A stretch of DNA of 64,000 nt from a virus. The notes below the pieces were generated by a model. The model was not told the DNA's origin. It was given only the letters and a program-made list of their open reading frames with translations, and did not search any database. Of the stretch, positions 15,042 through 25,162 are shown in pieces (the stretch's first letter is position 1; every line of letters starts with the position of its first letter). The stretch spans positions 1 to 64,000 of IMG/VR virus record IMGVR_UViG_3300044999_000022; one strand, given 5' to 3'. The translations under genes and the position numbers were made by a program.

Positions 15042-16561
15042 TGGCTCTTGGCGACGCGATAGGGATGACTGGCGTTCAAAACGCCACTGCGCAGTTCCTC
15101 GGGATGAGCATCCCGCGTCCCGCGCCAGAACCGTACGACGAGCCAGGTGCGGACCTCCTGAACGCCTTGACGGCGCTGGAAGGCGCCCAGATGGGGTACG
15201 CGAAGGCAGCCGCATACTATAAGGGACAGCAGCCGGAGTTCTTCGCCTCTTTGCGCCTACGGATCGCGATGGGTGCGACTGGTGTGATCTTCAACTTTAA
15301 CTTCGCGAAGCTGCCTGTTGACGCCGTCGCGGAGCGCGTGGAGATTTCCGGTGTCTCCTGTGCGGACTCAGCTGCGTTGGACGTCGTTAACGAGACGTGG
15401 TTGGACAACAAGCTGGACGTTTATGCGCCGAGTATCATGCATAGCGCGTGCAAGTTCGGCGATTCGTACGCACTTGTCTGGCCGAAGGAGAACGATGAGG
15501 CGACCGCCGAGGGCAATCCGGCGGTAGACGTCTTCTACCAGTCGCCGCGCATCATGCGGGTGTTCTACGACGACGAGAACGAGCTGGAGAAGCGGTACGC
15601 AATCAAGCGGTGGAAGGACTCGTACACCGGGTACTTGTTCGTGAACTTGTACTACAAGGACCGCATTGAGAAGTACATGCAGGCTCCCCAGTCGGATCAG
15701 CACCCGAAGCCGCAGTGGGAGAGGCGCCTTGACTCGCCGGACGAGGAATGGCCACTGCCGAACCCGTTCGACGAAGTCCCGATCTTCCATTTCCGTAACG
15801 GATTCCCGTATGGTGATCCCGAGCACCTAGATGCATATGGGCCGCAGGATGCGATCCATAAGCTCGTGATCAGCCATATGGCGTCCGTTGACTACAACGC
15901 CTTCCCGCAGAGATACGCCATTCTGCAGGAAGGGTACGACACGAGTGAGGCGGCGTTTGGCGACGAGGGTGACTATGCCTTCGCGATCAACACTAGCGCG
16001 ACGCTGGACACGGGCGTTGATCCCAAGTCGCAGTTGACCGCCGATCCCGCGTCGGTGTGGTTCATGAAGGGTGTTGCGAGCTATGGCCAGTTCCCGCCCG
16101 GGGATGCGGCCGCGTTTCTCAACCCGTTCATGAGCTACGTGCACGCGATGGCCGTGGTGACGAATACTCCTATGCACTTCATGGACCCAATCGTTTCGAA
16201 CGTCTCAGGCGAGAGCCTGAGGGTGATTGAAGCACCGTTCGCGAAGAAGGTCCGCAAGCGCCAGCTCATGTTTGGAACCGAGTGGCGTGACCTGTTTAGG
16301 TTTGTGTTGAAGGTCCGCGGCCTTCCGATGGCAGAGGTAGTGAGGGTTAACTGGGTACCGGCGTCGACAGTGAACGACCTGTCGACGTTGCAGGCGCAAG
16401 TGATCAAGATGCAATTGGGTGTCGCTCCGTGGCAGCTCCTGCTGGAGCAGGGATACACGCCAGAACAGATGGAGAGCTGGGGCGTCGAGCAAGTCGCTAC
16501 AGCTCCGAACTATCTGGACACTGCCGACGAAGCGGACCAAGCAACGACCGAGGAGATCTGA
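15041..16561 (+). CDS. Portal protein (SPP1 Gp6-like)
   Basis: Position, 506 aa, YYKGQQ, NFAKLPVD, NPFDEVPIFHFRN, AFPQRY, SGESLR motifs. Confidence 0.92.
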   Translation: MALGDAIGMTGVQNATAQFLGMSIPRPAPEPYDEPGADLLNALTALEGAQMGYAKAAAYYKGQQPEFFASLRLRIAMGATGVIFNFNFAKLPVDAVAERVEISGVSCADSAALDVVNETWLDNKLDVYAPSIMHSACKFGDSYALVWPKENDEATAEGNPAVDVFYQSPRIMRVFYDDENELEKRYAIKRWKDSYTGYLFVNLYYKDRIEKYMQAPQSDQHPKPQWERRLDSPDEEWPLPNPFDEVPIFHFRNGFPYGDPEHLDAYGPQDAIHKLVISHMASVDYNAFPQRYAILQEGYDTSEAAFGDEGDYAFAINTSATLDTGVDPKSQLTADPASVWFMKGVASYGQFPPGDAAAFLNPFMSYVHAMAVVTNTPMHFMDPIVSNVSGESLRVIEAPFAKKVRKRQLMFGTEWRDLFRFVLKVRGLPMAEVVRVNWVPASTVNDLSTLQAQVIKMQLGVAPWQLLLEQGYTPEQMESWGVEQVATAPNYLDTADEADQATTEEI

Positions 16562-16562
16562 G

Positions 16563-17429
16563 ATGGATCTGCTCAAGAGTGGAAGGCGCGAGGCCATGGG
16601 TTTTGCTGGAGACGACGTCGCTTGTGCGATGAATAGGCGCGCCGAGTGGGGCGAGCCTCTCGGATACTTCCGCGATCGGCCGTTCTTCCTGGTTCGTGGC
16701 GCAGAAGATAGCGGCGCTACCGACGATCCGGGTAACGGGGCGGAGGACGAGGGAGGCGACGGCGGCGATGTGGACCCAGATACTGGAACTGGTGTCAGCG
16801 ACGACGCCGGTGACGGTAGCGGACGCGGCACGGATGATTCGGCGCCGCCGAAGGGCAAGGCAAAGCCGTCTGGCGACCCTAAGCCCACCGGAGACGACCC
16901 GACCGCCGGGCTCAAGCGAGCCCTAGACTCGGAGCGTGCGCTCCGGAAGCAGCGAGACACCGAGCTTCGCGAGCTGAAGAAGAAGCACGCGTCGGCGGAG
17001 GAGCTGGCGTTGCTCCAGGCTAGGGAAGCTGGAGCGTCGGAGGCGACGGCGAGTATTACTCCGAAGCTGATGAAGCGCACAGCAGCTGCCGAGCTACGTG
17101 CGGCGGGAGCTTCGGGCAACACGGCGAAGTTGGCTGGTCTTCTGGACCTGAGTAAGGTCGAGATGACCGATGACGGCGAGCTCGTCGGGCTGGACGACCA
17201 GATTGAGGAACTGAAGGAGGAGTTCCCGAACCTCTTCAGTATGGCGAACGGGAAGGCTCCCGCAAGGCCGCCTGCGGGTAAGGGGAATGCCGGTTCAGGG
17301 GGTACTCAGGGCCGGACGAAGGATCACGACGGTACGCGTCAAAATCAGGGGCGTACTGAGTTGAAGAACGGCGAGCGCGGTTTCGGATTTGCGGACAAGC
17401 TCGCCGACAGCGTTCTGAATCCACGGTAG
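16563..17429 (+). CDS. Capsid scaffolding protein
   Basis: Acidic/Gly N-terminus, LKRALDSER coiled coil, LDL..V..DG..GLDDQIEELKEEFPNLF; precedes MCP. Confidence 0.85.
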   Translation: MDLLKSGRREAMGFAGDDVACAMNRRAEWGEPLGYFRDRPFFLVRGAEDSGATDDPGNGAEDEGGDGGDVDPDTGTGVSDDAGDGSGRGTDDSAPPKGKAKPSGDPKPTGDDPTAGLKRALDSERALRKQRDTELRELKKKHASAEELALLQAREAGASEATASITPKLMKRTAAAELRAAGASGNTAKLAGLLDLSKVEMTDDGELVGLDDQIEELKEEFPNLFSMANGKAPARPPAGKGNAGSGGTQGRTKDHDGTRQNQGRTELKNGERGFGFADKLADSVLNPR

Positions 17430-17477
17430 CGGCCGGCTGCATCATGCGACGGCCATGAGTTAAGGTGGTGAACGGAC

Positions 17478-18548
17478 TTGGCTGAGTCCGTTTTCAGCAA
17501 CTGGATCCCGGTCGAATATGGGACTCAGGTCATCCAGAAGGTCACGCAGACCTCCGCGGCCGAGAATTACGGCCAGGAGTTCATGATGACCTCGAGCTCG
17601 AGGTACGTCGCTCGCGATGCCGGTGTCACTGCCGCGCTCGTTCCCAAGGGCGGCACCTATAACGAAGACGCCACCGGCGGTTCTTCGGTCCTCCTGACTG
17701 CGGGCAAGTGGGGCGCGCAGGTCAGGATCGCAGAAGAGGACATTATGGACTCTCTCGCGGACATCATCAACTCGAAGGCGAACGCTCTCGGGACGGCGAT
17801 GGCCAAGATCACCGACAACATGGCCTTCGGGAACGCCAGCCCGCCGGGCGTGGTGAACGCGCAGACCACGTCGGTCTACTACGGCCTCACGCAGTCGGAC
17901 GCGAACACTGGCTACGTCGGCAACGCGAACCTGTTCGCGACTCCGAACGCGTCCGGCGGGTCGTTGGGCACGCTGAGCGGCTCCGCGCCGTACGACCCCT
18001 TCGGGTATGACCTGCTCTCGAACGCTCTGGGACAGGTCGAGCAGGGCGACTACTTCAACGAGGAGGACATGATCGTCATCGCCCACCCGTTCTGGAGGAA
18101 GCAGCTCCGGTCGATCAAGGACGGCCAGGGACGGCCGATTTTCGACGAGGGCTCGACCGGCGGGTTCCCTGGAGGTGGCCAGGGTCCGACCCCGGACCGC
18201 ATCTTCGGCCTGCCGGTCTTCTGGAGCCTCGGCGCCGTCGTGACCGGTGGGGCACTGGGAGGCAACACCGGTCCGGTGTCCAGTCCTCCGGCATATGTCG
18301 GTACGACCGCTTCCGGCAGCGCGCCGGTAGGTACTCCCGGGAACCGGTTGATGATCTTCACCAACCGGCTGTACATGTTGCTCGGGAAGAGGACCACCAA
18401 CCCGAACAACCCCTCAGGTACGCCTGAGTTCCAGATCGTGCCTCCGATGTACTCCGGTACCGACGACACGATTCTCCGCGGCCGGATTCGGCGCGCCTTT
18501 GCGATGGGCGTCGAGCAGGCCTTCTCATGCATTGAGAGTGTGAGCTGA
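17478..18548 (+). CDS. Major capsid protein (HK97 fold)
   Basis: WIPVEY, IAHP..RKQLRSIKDGQGRPIF, IFGLPV motifs; strong GC3 codon bias. Confidence 0.92.
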   Translation: MAESVFSNWIPVEYGTQVIQKVTQTSAAENYGQEFMMTSSSRYVARDAGVTAALVPKGGTYNEDATGGSSVLLTAGKWGAQVRIAEEDIMDSLADIINSKANALGTAMAKITDNMAFGNASPPGVVNAQTTSVYYGLTQSDANTGYVGNANLFATPNASGGSLGTLSGSAPYDPFGYDLLSNALGQVEQGDYFNEEDMIVIAHPFWRKQLRSIKDGQGRPIFDEGSTGGFPGGGQGPTPDRIFGLPVFWSLGAVVTGGALGGNTGPVSSPPAYVGTTASGSAPVGTPGNRLMIFTNRLYMLLGKRTTNPNNPSGTPEFQIVPPMYSGTDDTILRGRIRRAFAMGVEQAFSCIESVS

Positions 18549-19381
18549 TGTCAGGAGTTGTTACCGCAGGACTACGCACTCCGAACGGGGTCGCGTTCAG
18601 CCTCGCGAGCGGTGTAGTTACATCACAGGCGTTCGAACCGCCTGAGGGTGCCGCGGCGATGGCGCTCTGGCTGACGCCGGCGGGCACGCTGGGCGTGAAC
18701 CCTACGGTCGAGATCCAGTGGTCCAACAACGGGACCACGTTCTTCAGCTCCGACCCGAAGGACACGTTTGCCGCGCAGGTCAGCGGGCAGCCGTCCGTCA
18801 AGTATGTGACCGTCAAGGCCCCGTTCTACCGGGTCGTGACGACGGGCACAACTACGGGAGGTACCCTGCTCGTCCAGGACCACCCCCTGTCGTACTCGGT
18901 CGCGAGCGCGTCGGGCTGGGAAGGGGGCGCCTCCAGCCTGCCGGCCGCTTCGGTCAACTGGATCGGATCGACCGCTTTGGCCGCGACCGTGACGCAGGCA
19001 ACGCCGGCGACGTACTCGGCGATCACTGCGGTGCCGACTGTCACCGCGGCCGGGCTGCTCAGCGCGGTACCAGGGTCCGGCGTACTGGCTAGCCGGATCA
19101 GCATCCTGCTCAAGGTGTCGGCCGCAGTGTCGACGTCGGGGGTCTTCGCGATCTACTGGTCGCTGTCGGGCCTGCCGTACAACGCGAGTACGAACCCGCT
19201 TCCGCTGACGCTGGCGTCGGCATCGGCTGCAGGGATCGACGACCAGTGGGCCGCGGCTGGAGCTACATTCACCTCGTTCAAGGAGGTCCCGGTCCTGGCG
19301 CCGTACTTTGCGATCGGTGTCGCGAGCGGCACCTTCACCTCTGCAACGTTCACCTGTGACGTTGCGGCGACGGCAATCTAG
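18548..19381 (+). CDS. Probable capsid decoration / virion protein with two similar beta domains
   Basis: Coupled to MCP; Ala/Thr/Ser-rich; internal repeat (VKAPFYRV / VLAPYFAI). Confidence 0.6.
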   Translation: MSGVVTAGLRTPNGVAFSLASGVVTSQAFEPPEGAAAMALWLTPAGTLGVNPTVEIQWSNNGTTFFSSDPKDTFAAQVSGQPSVKYVTVKAPFYRVVTTGTTTGGTLLVQDHPLSYSVASASGWEGGASSLPAASVNWIGSTALAATVTQATPATYSAITAVPTVTAAGLLSAVPGSGVLASRISILLKVSAAVSTSGVFAIYWSLSGLPYNASTNPLPLTLASASAAGIDDQWAAAGATFTSFKEVPVLAPYFAIGVASGTFTSATFTCDVAATAI

Positions 19382-19393
19382 AAGGAGGACTAC

Positions 19394-19600
19394 ATGTCCA
19401 GTGTCAACAAGGCCGATGCGATCGCTGCGGCCGGAACTGGCGTTCCACACGTCGCGCAGGGTCTCGCGTCACTCGATCCCGGAGCTAGTGGCTTTGGTAG
19501 CGCGGGCGACTTCCCGCAGGACACCCAGGCACACTTCAACGGCGTCGGCTCGACCATGGCGCATGACGACGCCCTCGGGCCCGACTACGACGGCGACTAG
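19394..19600 (+). CDS. Small virion-operon protein
   Basis: AAGGAGG RBS. Confidence 0.6.
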   Translation: MSSVNKADAIAAAGTGVPHVAQGLASLDPGASGFGSAGDFPQDTQAHFNGVGSTMAHDDALGPDYDGD

Positions 19601-19833
19601 TGGCCGGCCAGAGCGTTCAGGGACCGGGCTGGGACAAGATCAACGGTTCTGCAGTTGACTCGACCGAGCAGCGTCCTCAGCCGTCGGCGGAGAAGGTCCA
19701 GCTCTGCGTGGACATGACGGCCGGCCGTGCCGTGAACTTCTTCGGAACGCCGCAGTCAGCCAACCAGGGCGATGTCTACGGCCTGGACTACGCGTACCGT
19801 GAGGCAAGCGCCGGCACTGCAGACGCCTACTAG
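19600..19833 (+). CDS. Small virion-operon protein
   Basis: TAGTG coupling. Confidence 0.55.
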   Translation: MAGQSVQGPGWDKINGSAVDSTEQRPQPSAEKVQLCVDMTAGRAVNFFGTPQSANQGDVYGLDYAYREASAGTADAY

Positions 19834-19843
19834 GAGGTGAACT

Positions 19844-20311
19844 ATGCCAGCAAGGAAGTCGGCGGCGTCCGATGAGGTCAAGGAGTGGGCTGAGAACGAG
19901 GCCGCGATGGACGAGGCCGAGGGCAGCGTCGACGCGGGACTCGTTCCGGTTGGGACTGCGTACCCGGAGGACTTCGGGCACCAGCGTCTCCAGAGCGTGA
20001 CCTCGGCGTCACGAGCGAACGACGGCGGAGCCGCGGTCGACTATGAGACCGCGGCCCGCGATGTCGATATCTTCGAGCGGGACGGCGTGCAGAAGCACAA
20101 CGACAAGAAGGTCTTTGTCAAGACCTTCCGGATCGGGATCCCGGCGGGAGCCGGTCTGACGCCTGAGCAGCATGAATCGAACATGCGGCAGGTCGTCGAG
20201 GACGCGCTCAAGGCCGGTGAGCGGGTAGCCGCTCCGGTCAAGCTGCACAGCGTGGCGGACGACGAGTTCAACCGCAACGTCCTCATGGTGTACGTCGTCG
20301 AGCTGGACTAG
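19844..20311 (+). CDS. Virion-operon protein
   Basis: AGGAGGT RBS; paralog of next gene. Confidence 0.7.
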   Translation: MPARKSAASDEVKEWAENEAAMDEAEGSVDAGLVPVGTAYPEDFGHQRLQSVTSASRANDGGAAVDYETAARDVDIFERDGVQKHNDKKVFVKTFRIGIPAGAGLTPEQHESNMRQVVEDALKAGERVAAPVKLHSVADDEFNRNVLMVYVVELD

Positions 20312-20319
20312 GAGATGCC

Positions 20320-20634
20320 ATGGCGGGCGTCCTTGTCCAGCAGTACGACAACGGCATTACGATGCCTGAGTGGGACGCACGCCAACGAGACCGGCCTGAG
20401 CAGAGCGGTATACAGATGCTCGACGGCAAGAGGGTCTGGGTCAAGACCTTCAGGATCGAGCTCCCGAGGACCGAGAAGCTGTCGTCGGAGGGGCAAGCAG
20501 GCAATATGCGGCAGACGGTTGAGGACGCCGTGCGGGCAGGCGAGCTAGAGTGCTCGCCTGCCCGGCTTCTATGCGTCCGAAACGCCCGGCTTCCTGGTTA
20601 TATGCTCATGACCTACGTCGTCGACCTGGTCTGA
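20320..20634 (+). CDS. Virion-operon protein, paralog of 19844..20311
   Basis: Shared VKTFRI and NMRQ.VEDA..AGE motifs. Confidence 0.7.
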   Translation: MAGVLVQQYDNGITMPEWDARQRDRPEQSGIQMLDGKRVWVKTFRIELPRTEKLSSEGQAGNMRQTVEDAVRAGELECSPARLLCVRNARLPGYMLMTYVVDLV

Positions 20635-20658
20635 GCGTCCGATACGAGAAGGAGCACG

Positions 20659-21312
20659 ATGGGTGCAATGGAACACGGCGCCGGTCAGGACAGGCTGGTG
20701 ATCAACGCCGGTGTCTTTCTGAACGAGGTCGGCAAGCACAGCACGAGGCTCACGGTCGAGAAGTGGGACATCGACCAGGTCAACTGGGTACGGAAGCTCG
20801 CACGCGATGCGGTGCCTCTGGCGTGGGAGCCGGACGCCGAGACCTTCGATCGGCTGAACGTCCTACCGTTCGATACGTACGTCAAGGAGGACTGCAACCT
20901 CATCACCGATGCGGGTTGGGTCAACCTGATGAACGGCATCGCCGGTACGACGCCGACGAAGTTCGTCAATGGCGTAACCGGTCGCATCGGTCTTGGTACG
21001 TCGGCGACCGCAGTTACCTATACCGACACAGCGCTGAATGCGATCGGCGCGCTAACGACCGCGAACTGGGAACTTATCAACGCGGTGCCGGTGATCGGCT
21101 CGACACACGCGACAGGGTTCAGCATCGCGGCGACCTTCCCCCTGAACGCCGCCAACGGGGTCGCGATCGCGGAGTTCGCTGCAGACTTCGGTACTGCTGC
21201 AACGCTATCGGCAGCGGCTGTGGGTGGGATGTTCTCGCACGGCAACGCAGCTCCAGGGACCAAGACGGCTTCGCAGGTCTGGAACACTATTATTACGTAC
21301 ACCTGGCTGTAA
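20659..21312 (+). CDS. Probable fibre/virion subunit
   Basis: NLITDAG..RIGLGT..ATF..ANG.AIAEF..KT pattern seen in phage fibre subunits. Confidence 0.6.
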   Translation: MGAMEHGAGQDRLVINAGVFLNEVGKHSTRLTVEKWDIDQVNWVRKLARDAVPLAWEPDAETFDRLNVLPFDTYVKEDCNLITDAGWVNLMNGIAGTTPTKFVNGVTGRIGLGTSATAVTYTDTALNAIGALTTANWELINAVPVIGSTHATGFSIAATFPLNAANGVAIAEFAADFGTAATLSAAAVGGMFSHGNAAPGTKTASQVWNTIITYTWL

Positions 21313-21315
21313 ACT

Positions 21316-21786
21316 ATGGGCGAGCATCTCTATGAGGTCGGTTTCCAGAAGGTTACGGCGGCTACCGCCGGTGTTGCCATCTGTGAGATCGCCCCTGCAG
21401 GACTGGCCGCAGGTAAGCGTCCAGCCGAAATTCGCGAAATCGGCATCTTTAACTACTCGGGAGTGTTTAACGAAGTCGGAATCGGCCGGCCCGCCGCGAT
21501 CGGTACCGGTACGCTCACGACAGTGACCGTTCAGGCTACGGACTCGATGGACGTGATCGCCGGCAACACGACCGTCAATACCGCCTGGGGCACCGCTAGT
21601 CCGACGGTGCCAGGAGCGTTTATGAGGCGGTTTCCGCTGCAGGCGGTGGCCGGCGCGGGGGAGATCTTCGTCTGGAACCCGGGCGAGTTCGTGCTATGGT
21701 CTGGAGCGGCCATTAACACTGTTGTCATCTGGCAGTTCGTTGCGTCCATTGTGACGTACGACCTTTATGTCAAGGTCGCCGAATAG
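21316..21786 (+). CDS. Probable virion beta-sandwich protein
   Basis: Operon position and composition. Confidence 0.55.
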   Translation: MGEHLYEVGFQKVTAATAGVAICEIAPAGLAAGKRPAEIREIGIFNYSGVFNEVGIGRPAAIGTGTLTTVTVQATDSMDVIAGNTTVNTAWGTASPTVPGAFMRRFPLQAVAGAGEIFVWNPGEFVLWSGAAINTVVIWQFVASIVTYDLYVKVAE

Positions 21787-21809
21787 TCGCCTAACCGCGG
21801 GGCGGTTAC

Positions 21810-24551
21810 ATGCCTAGCCAGACTTTTACCGCGAGCGGTAGTTGGACGGCACCGGCAAACCTGCTACCAGGATCAGTACAGGTCGTCGCCTGGGGACCGT
21901 CTGGCAACGCTGTTAATGGCGGAGCGTCATTCGGCGGCGGCGGTGGGGGCGGCGGCGGTCTTGGAGCGGAGCTAGCTCTCGGCGGGATAACGCCGGGCAT
22001 TACGGTTCTTACGGTCACGATCGGGGCTGCTGGCAGCGGCACCGCGACTACGGTTACGGGCGGCGCTGTTACCGTTACGGGTAATCATGGCGGCAACGCC
22101 TCGACCACCACGGGCGGGGCGGCTGGCGCTGTCAGCAGTAATTCCACCACGTTCCCGGGTGGTGCCGGCGGGGGTGCGGGAAGCGGTACGGGAGGTGCCG
22201 GGGGCGGCGGCGGGTCTGCGGGGCTGACTGGCGCGGGCGGAACTGGGGGCGCGGGTAGCGGTACGACTGGCGGGGCTGGAGGGCTCGCTGGAACAGGCCC
22301 GGCCGGTCTTACCGGGGCCGTTGGAGGTAAGGGCGGCAACGTCACGGGGGGCGGCGCGGTTGCAGGGACCGCGCCGGGAGCCGCTGGGGGTGGAGGTGCT
22401 GGAGGCGGCCAGGCGGACGCAGTCGGCGCCGCGGGTCAGGTAGTTATCACCTGGTCCATTATGGCCACGCCTCTTGTTCTGCAGACCCGGCGCACTCCTC
22501 CGTCACCGCCGCCGACGCTTCCGTACGCCCGTAGCCGTATCGTTGCTGGGCCTGCCGTCTCAACCGTCCCTGTAGGGTTTGTCGATTCCGGTACCGGTAC
22601 GGACACGCTCGGCATCGCAGCGGGGGTTGCCCTTGCCGATAGCGGCGCGGGTACTGACGCTCTAGGCGTCAAGAGCACTGTCGCGCTGGCTGAGACTGGC
22701 GCGAGCGCCGATGCGCTCGGGGTTGCTAGTACGGTAGCTCTGGCGGATAGCGGTACGGGTACTGATGCGCTCGGGATCAGTAGCACCGTAGCGCTTACGG
22801 ATAGCGGTACTGGTACAGACACCTTCACGGCGACTATCCCTGTCGCGCTAGCTGAGACCGGCCAGGGTACGGATGCGCTAGTTGTCAACATACCAGTCGC
22901 GCTAACCGATAGCGGTACTGGGACGGATTCTCTAGGCGTTGCAGTCCCGGTTGCGTTGACCATTACCGGTACTGGTACTGACACGCTAGGCGTTGCGGCA
23001 GCGGTCTCATTCACGGATACAGGTACTGGCACCGACACGTTGGGCGTGGCCGGTGGAGTAGCGCTAACCGAGAGTGGTACCGGTACTGATACGCTAGGTG
23101 TTTCAGCTACCGTCGCTCTTACAGAGACTGGTACCGGTACAGATGCGCTGGCCATTTCGATACCTGTTGCGCTCTCAGACTCGGGAACGGGCACAGACTC
23201 GCTAGTCGTATCGATCCCGGTTGCACTGACTGAGACTGGTACCGGTACGGATACGCTTGGGGTCGCGCTACTCATAGCGCTGGCCGAGAGCGGCTCAGGC
23301 GTTGATACTCTTAGCGTCACGGCAACAGTTCCTGTAGCGGAGACTGGCACCGGCACTGATACGCTGGGCGTGACCGCGACCGTCTCGTTCATAGAGGCTG
23401 GTACTGGTATTGATACGCTGGTCGTATCGATACCGGTTGGGCTGTCCGAGACCGGTACAGGTACGGATACGCTGGGCGTCGCACTAGCTATTCCGTTTAC
23501 GGAGAGCAGCACTGGCACTGCTACGCTCGGGGTAACTAGTGCGGTTGCGCTAACAGATGGCGGCACGGGTACCGATACTCTAGGGGTTACCAGCCTTGTC
23601 GCGCTAGCCGATACCGGTACGGGTACGGACGCTCTAAGTGTTTCGGCCACGGTCTCCCTATTCGAGACTGGAACCGGCGTAGACACTCTTGGCGTTTCGG
23701 CTCTGATCGCCCTAGGCGAAGCGGGCGCGGGCGTTGATGCTCTAGGGACGACAGCGACTGTTGCGCTAACGGAGACCGGTACTGGCGCCGACGCGCTCAG
23801 CCTCGGCGGGACTCCTATAGGACTAACGGACAGCGGCACAGGGACAGATACACTTAGCGTTACGGCTACAGTCGTACTGGCCGATGTCGGTACGGGTACC
23901 GATGCGCTAGGCATTACGGCGCAGGTCGCGCTGAGCGATACCGGAACTGGAACTGATAGCCTCGGAGTTGCTATCCCGGTATCGTTCTCTGAGACCGGCA
24001 TAGGTGTTGATACCCTGGCGGTATCGGCCGCCACAGGCATAGCACTTGTCGAGGTGGGCGTAGGTACGGATACGCTCAGCGTTACTGCCACGATCGCGCT
24101 AGCTGAAACGGGCACAGGCACTGCCGTACTAGCTATTACGTCGCAGGTTGCTTTCGCCGATAGCGGGGCAGCGGTTGATGCGCTGACGATCGTCATACCC
24201 GTCGCGTTGCTGGAGACTGGCACGGGTACCGATACGTTGGCCGTTACACCAGTTACGGCGGTTGCGTTCCTCGAGACCGGTGTTGGCGCAGACACGCTTA
24301 CCGTTAGTTCTAGCGTACCGGTTATCTCAATATCGAACCTGGACGCCGTGCCGGTAGTCCTAGGAAGGGTAGATGCGGTGCCTGTAACTGTCGGTGACTT
24401 GGACGTCTCGGTACGTGTGCTCAATCGCCTAGACACCTCAAGCGAGGTCGTGTCCCGGCTTGATAGCCGTCCAACTGTCGTTCAGCGGGTGGACGCGGAA
24501 CCGGAGGTCATTAACCGTCTAGATATGGAATGGCAGGTGTTCAAGTCGTGA
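21810..24551 (+). CDS. Fibre protein: Gly-rich N-domain plus 32 x 18-aa repeats
   Basis: FTASGSWTAP..GGGGGG Gly-rich domain; repeats V-A-L-x-(D/E)-(T/S)-G-T-G-T-D-x-L-x-V; C-terminal V..RLD repeats. Confidence 0.75.
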   Translation: MPSQTFTASGSWTAPANLLPGSVQVVAWGPSGNAVNGGASFGGGGGGGGGLGAELALGGITPGITVLTVTIGAAGSGTATTVTGGAVTVTGNHGGNASTTTGGAAGAVSSNSTTFPGGAGGGAGSGTGGAGGGGGSAGLTGAGGTGGAGSGTTGGAGGLAGTGPAGLTGAVGGKGGNVTGGGAVAGTAPGAAGGGGAGGGQADAVGAAGQVVITWSIMATPLVLQTRRTPPSPPPTLPYARSRIVAGPAVSTVPVGFVDSGTGTDTLGIAAGVALADSGAGTDALGVKSTVALAETGASADALGVASTVALADSGTGTDALGISSTVALTDSGTGTDTFTATIPVALAETGQGTDALVVNIPVALTDSGTGTDSLGVAVPVALTITGTGTDTLGVAAAVSFTDTGTGTDTLGVAGGVALTESGTGTDTLGVSATVALTETGTGTDALAISIPVALSDSGTGTDSLVVSIPVALTETGTGTDTLGVALLIALAESGSGVDTLSVTATVPVAETGTGTDTLGVTATVSFIEAGTGIDTLVVSIPVGLSETGTGTDTLGVALAIPFTESSTGTATLGVTSAVALTDGGTGTDTLGVTSLVALADTGTGTDALSVSATVSLFETGTGVDTLGVSALIALGEAGAGVDALGTTATVALTETGTGADALSLGGTPIGLTDSGTGTDTLSVTATVVLADVGTGTDALGITAQVALSDTGTGTDSLGVAIPVSFSETGIGVDTLAVSAATGIALVEVGVGTDTLSVTATIALAETGTGTAVLAITSQVAFADSGAAVDALTIVIPVALLETGTGTDTLAVTPVTAVAFLETGVGADTLTVSSSVPVISISNLDAVPVVLGRVDAVPVTVGDLDVSVRVLNRLDTSSEVVSRLDSRPTVVQRVDAEPEVINRLDMEWQVFKS
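22572..24314 (+). repeat. Degenerate 54-nt coding tandem repeat (about 32 units)
   Basis: Counted 32 units of 18 (occasionally 19-20) aa; boundaries approximate. Confidence 0.85.
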
Positions 24552-24910
24552 CAACCAACTATACGATCGCACTAAATCAGAACAATGACGAGGTCGTACA
24601 GCTGACCATTACAGAGGCTGACCCGGGAGACTCGGGGACGCTATTCAACCTGACCGGATTGGAGGTCGAGTTCTTCATCAAAACGAGCAAGAATACACCA
24701 GACTCCGATCCGGCTACAGTGAAACTGACTACAGTCGGGGGCCAGGTAGTACTCACCAATCCAACGAAGGGCATCGCGACCGTTACCATAGCGGCGGCCA
24801 ATATCGCGACGGCCGGAGCTCTGTGGTGGAGATGCGACGTGGTTAACATGGGAGATGCAGCCCCAAGAAAGACTGCCGGCTGTGGCAATCTTAACATCCA
24901 ACCCGTATAA
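24548..24910 (+). CDS. BppU-like/Ig-like fibre adaptor protein
   Basis: FNLTG..VEFFIK..TNPTKGIATVTI pattern; GTGA overlap with the fibre gene. Confidence 0.55.
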   Translation: MTTNYTIALNQNNDEVVQLTITEADPGDSGTLFNLTGLEVEFFIKTSKNTPDSDPATVKLTTVGGQVVLTNPTKGIATVTIAAANIATAGALWWRCDVVNMGDAAPRKTAGCGNLNIQPV

Positions 24911-24919
24911 GGAGGTGCT

Positions 24920-25162
24920 ATGATAACATGGGGCAAGTACTACTGGCCGATAGCTCTGATAGTCGTATCGGTCGCCATGTTTGGGATTCCCGAACTGATC
25001 GCGTTGTTCACCAATCAGGCGAACACGCTATCGCAGTACTCCTGGGATGAGCTGCATGTCAGCGGGATCGCAGTTCATAACGTAGCCTGGCTCGTGAGCC
25101 TTATCGTCTGGCTAGTGTTCGTAGTCGTCATAACCCTGCATATTTGGTGGAGGAGCTGGTAG
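24920..25162 (+). CDS. Two-TM membrane protein
   Basis: AAGGAGG RBS; two hydrophobic helices. Confidence 0.65.
   Translation: MITWGKYYWPIALIVVSVAMFGIPELIALFTNQANTLSQYSWDELHVSGIAVHNVAWLVSLIVWLVFVVVITLHIWWRSW

Noticed and set aside
22572-24314. 54-nt periodic repeat as a CRISPR array or DGR template
   Set aside because: It is in-frame coding, degenerate at synonymous positions, has no unique spacers, and there is no reverse transcriptase in the window.
22436-24436. 666-aa minus-strand ORF, and other long antisense ORFs such as 44881..45810, 45014..45823, 57615..58472 and 16205..17122
   Set aside because: Shadow ORFs opposite well-supported genes; expected from high GC and repeat structure, with no RBS or motifs.
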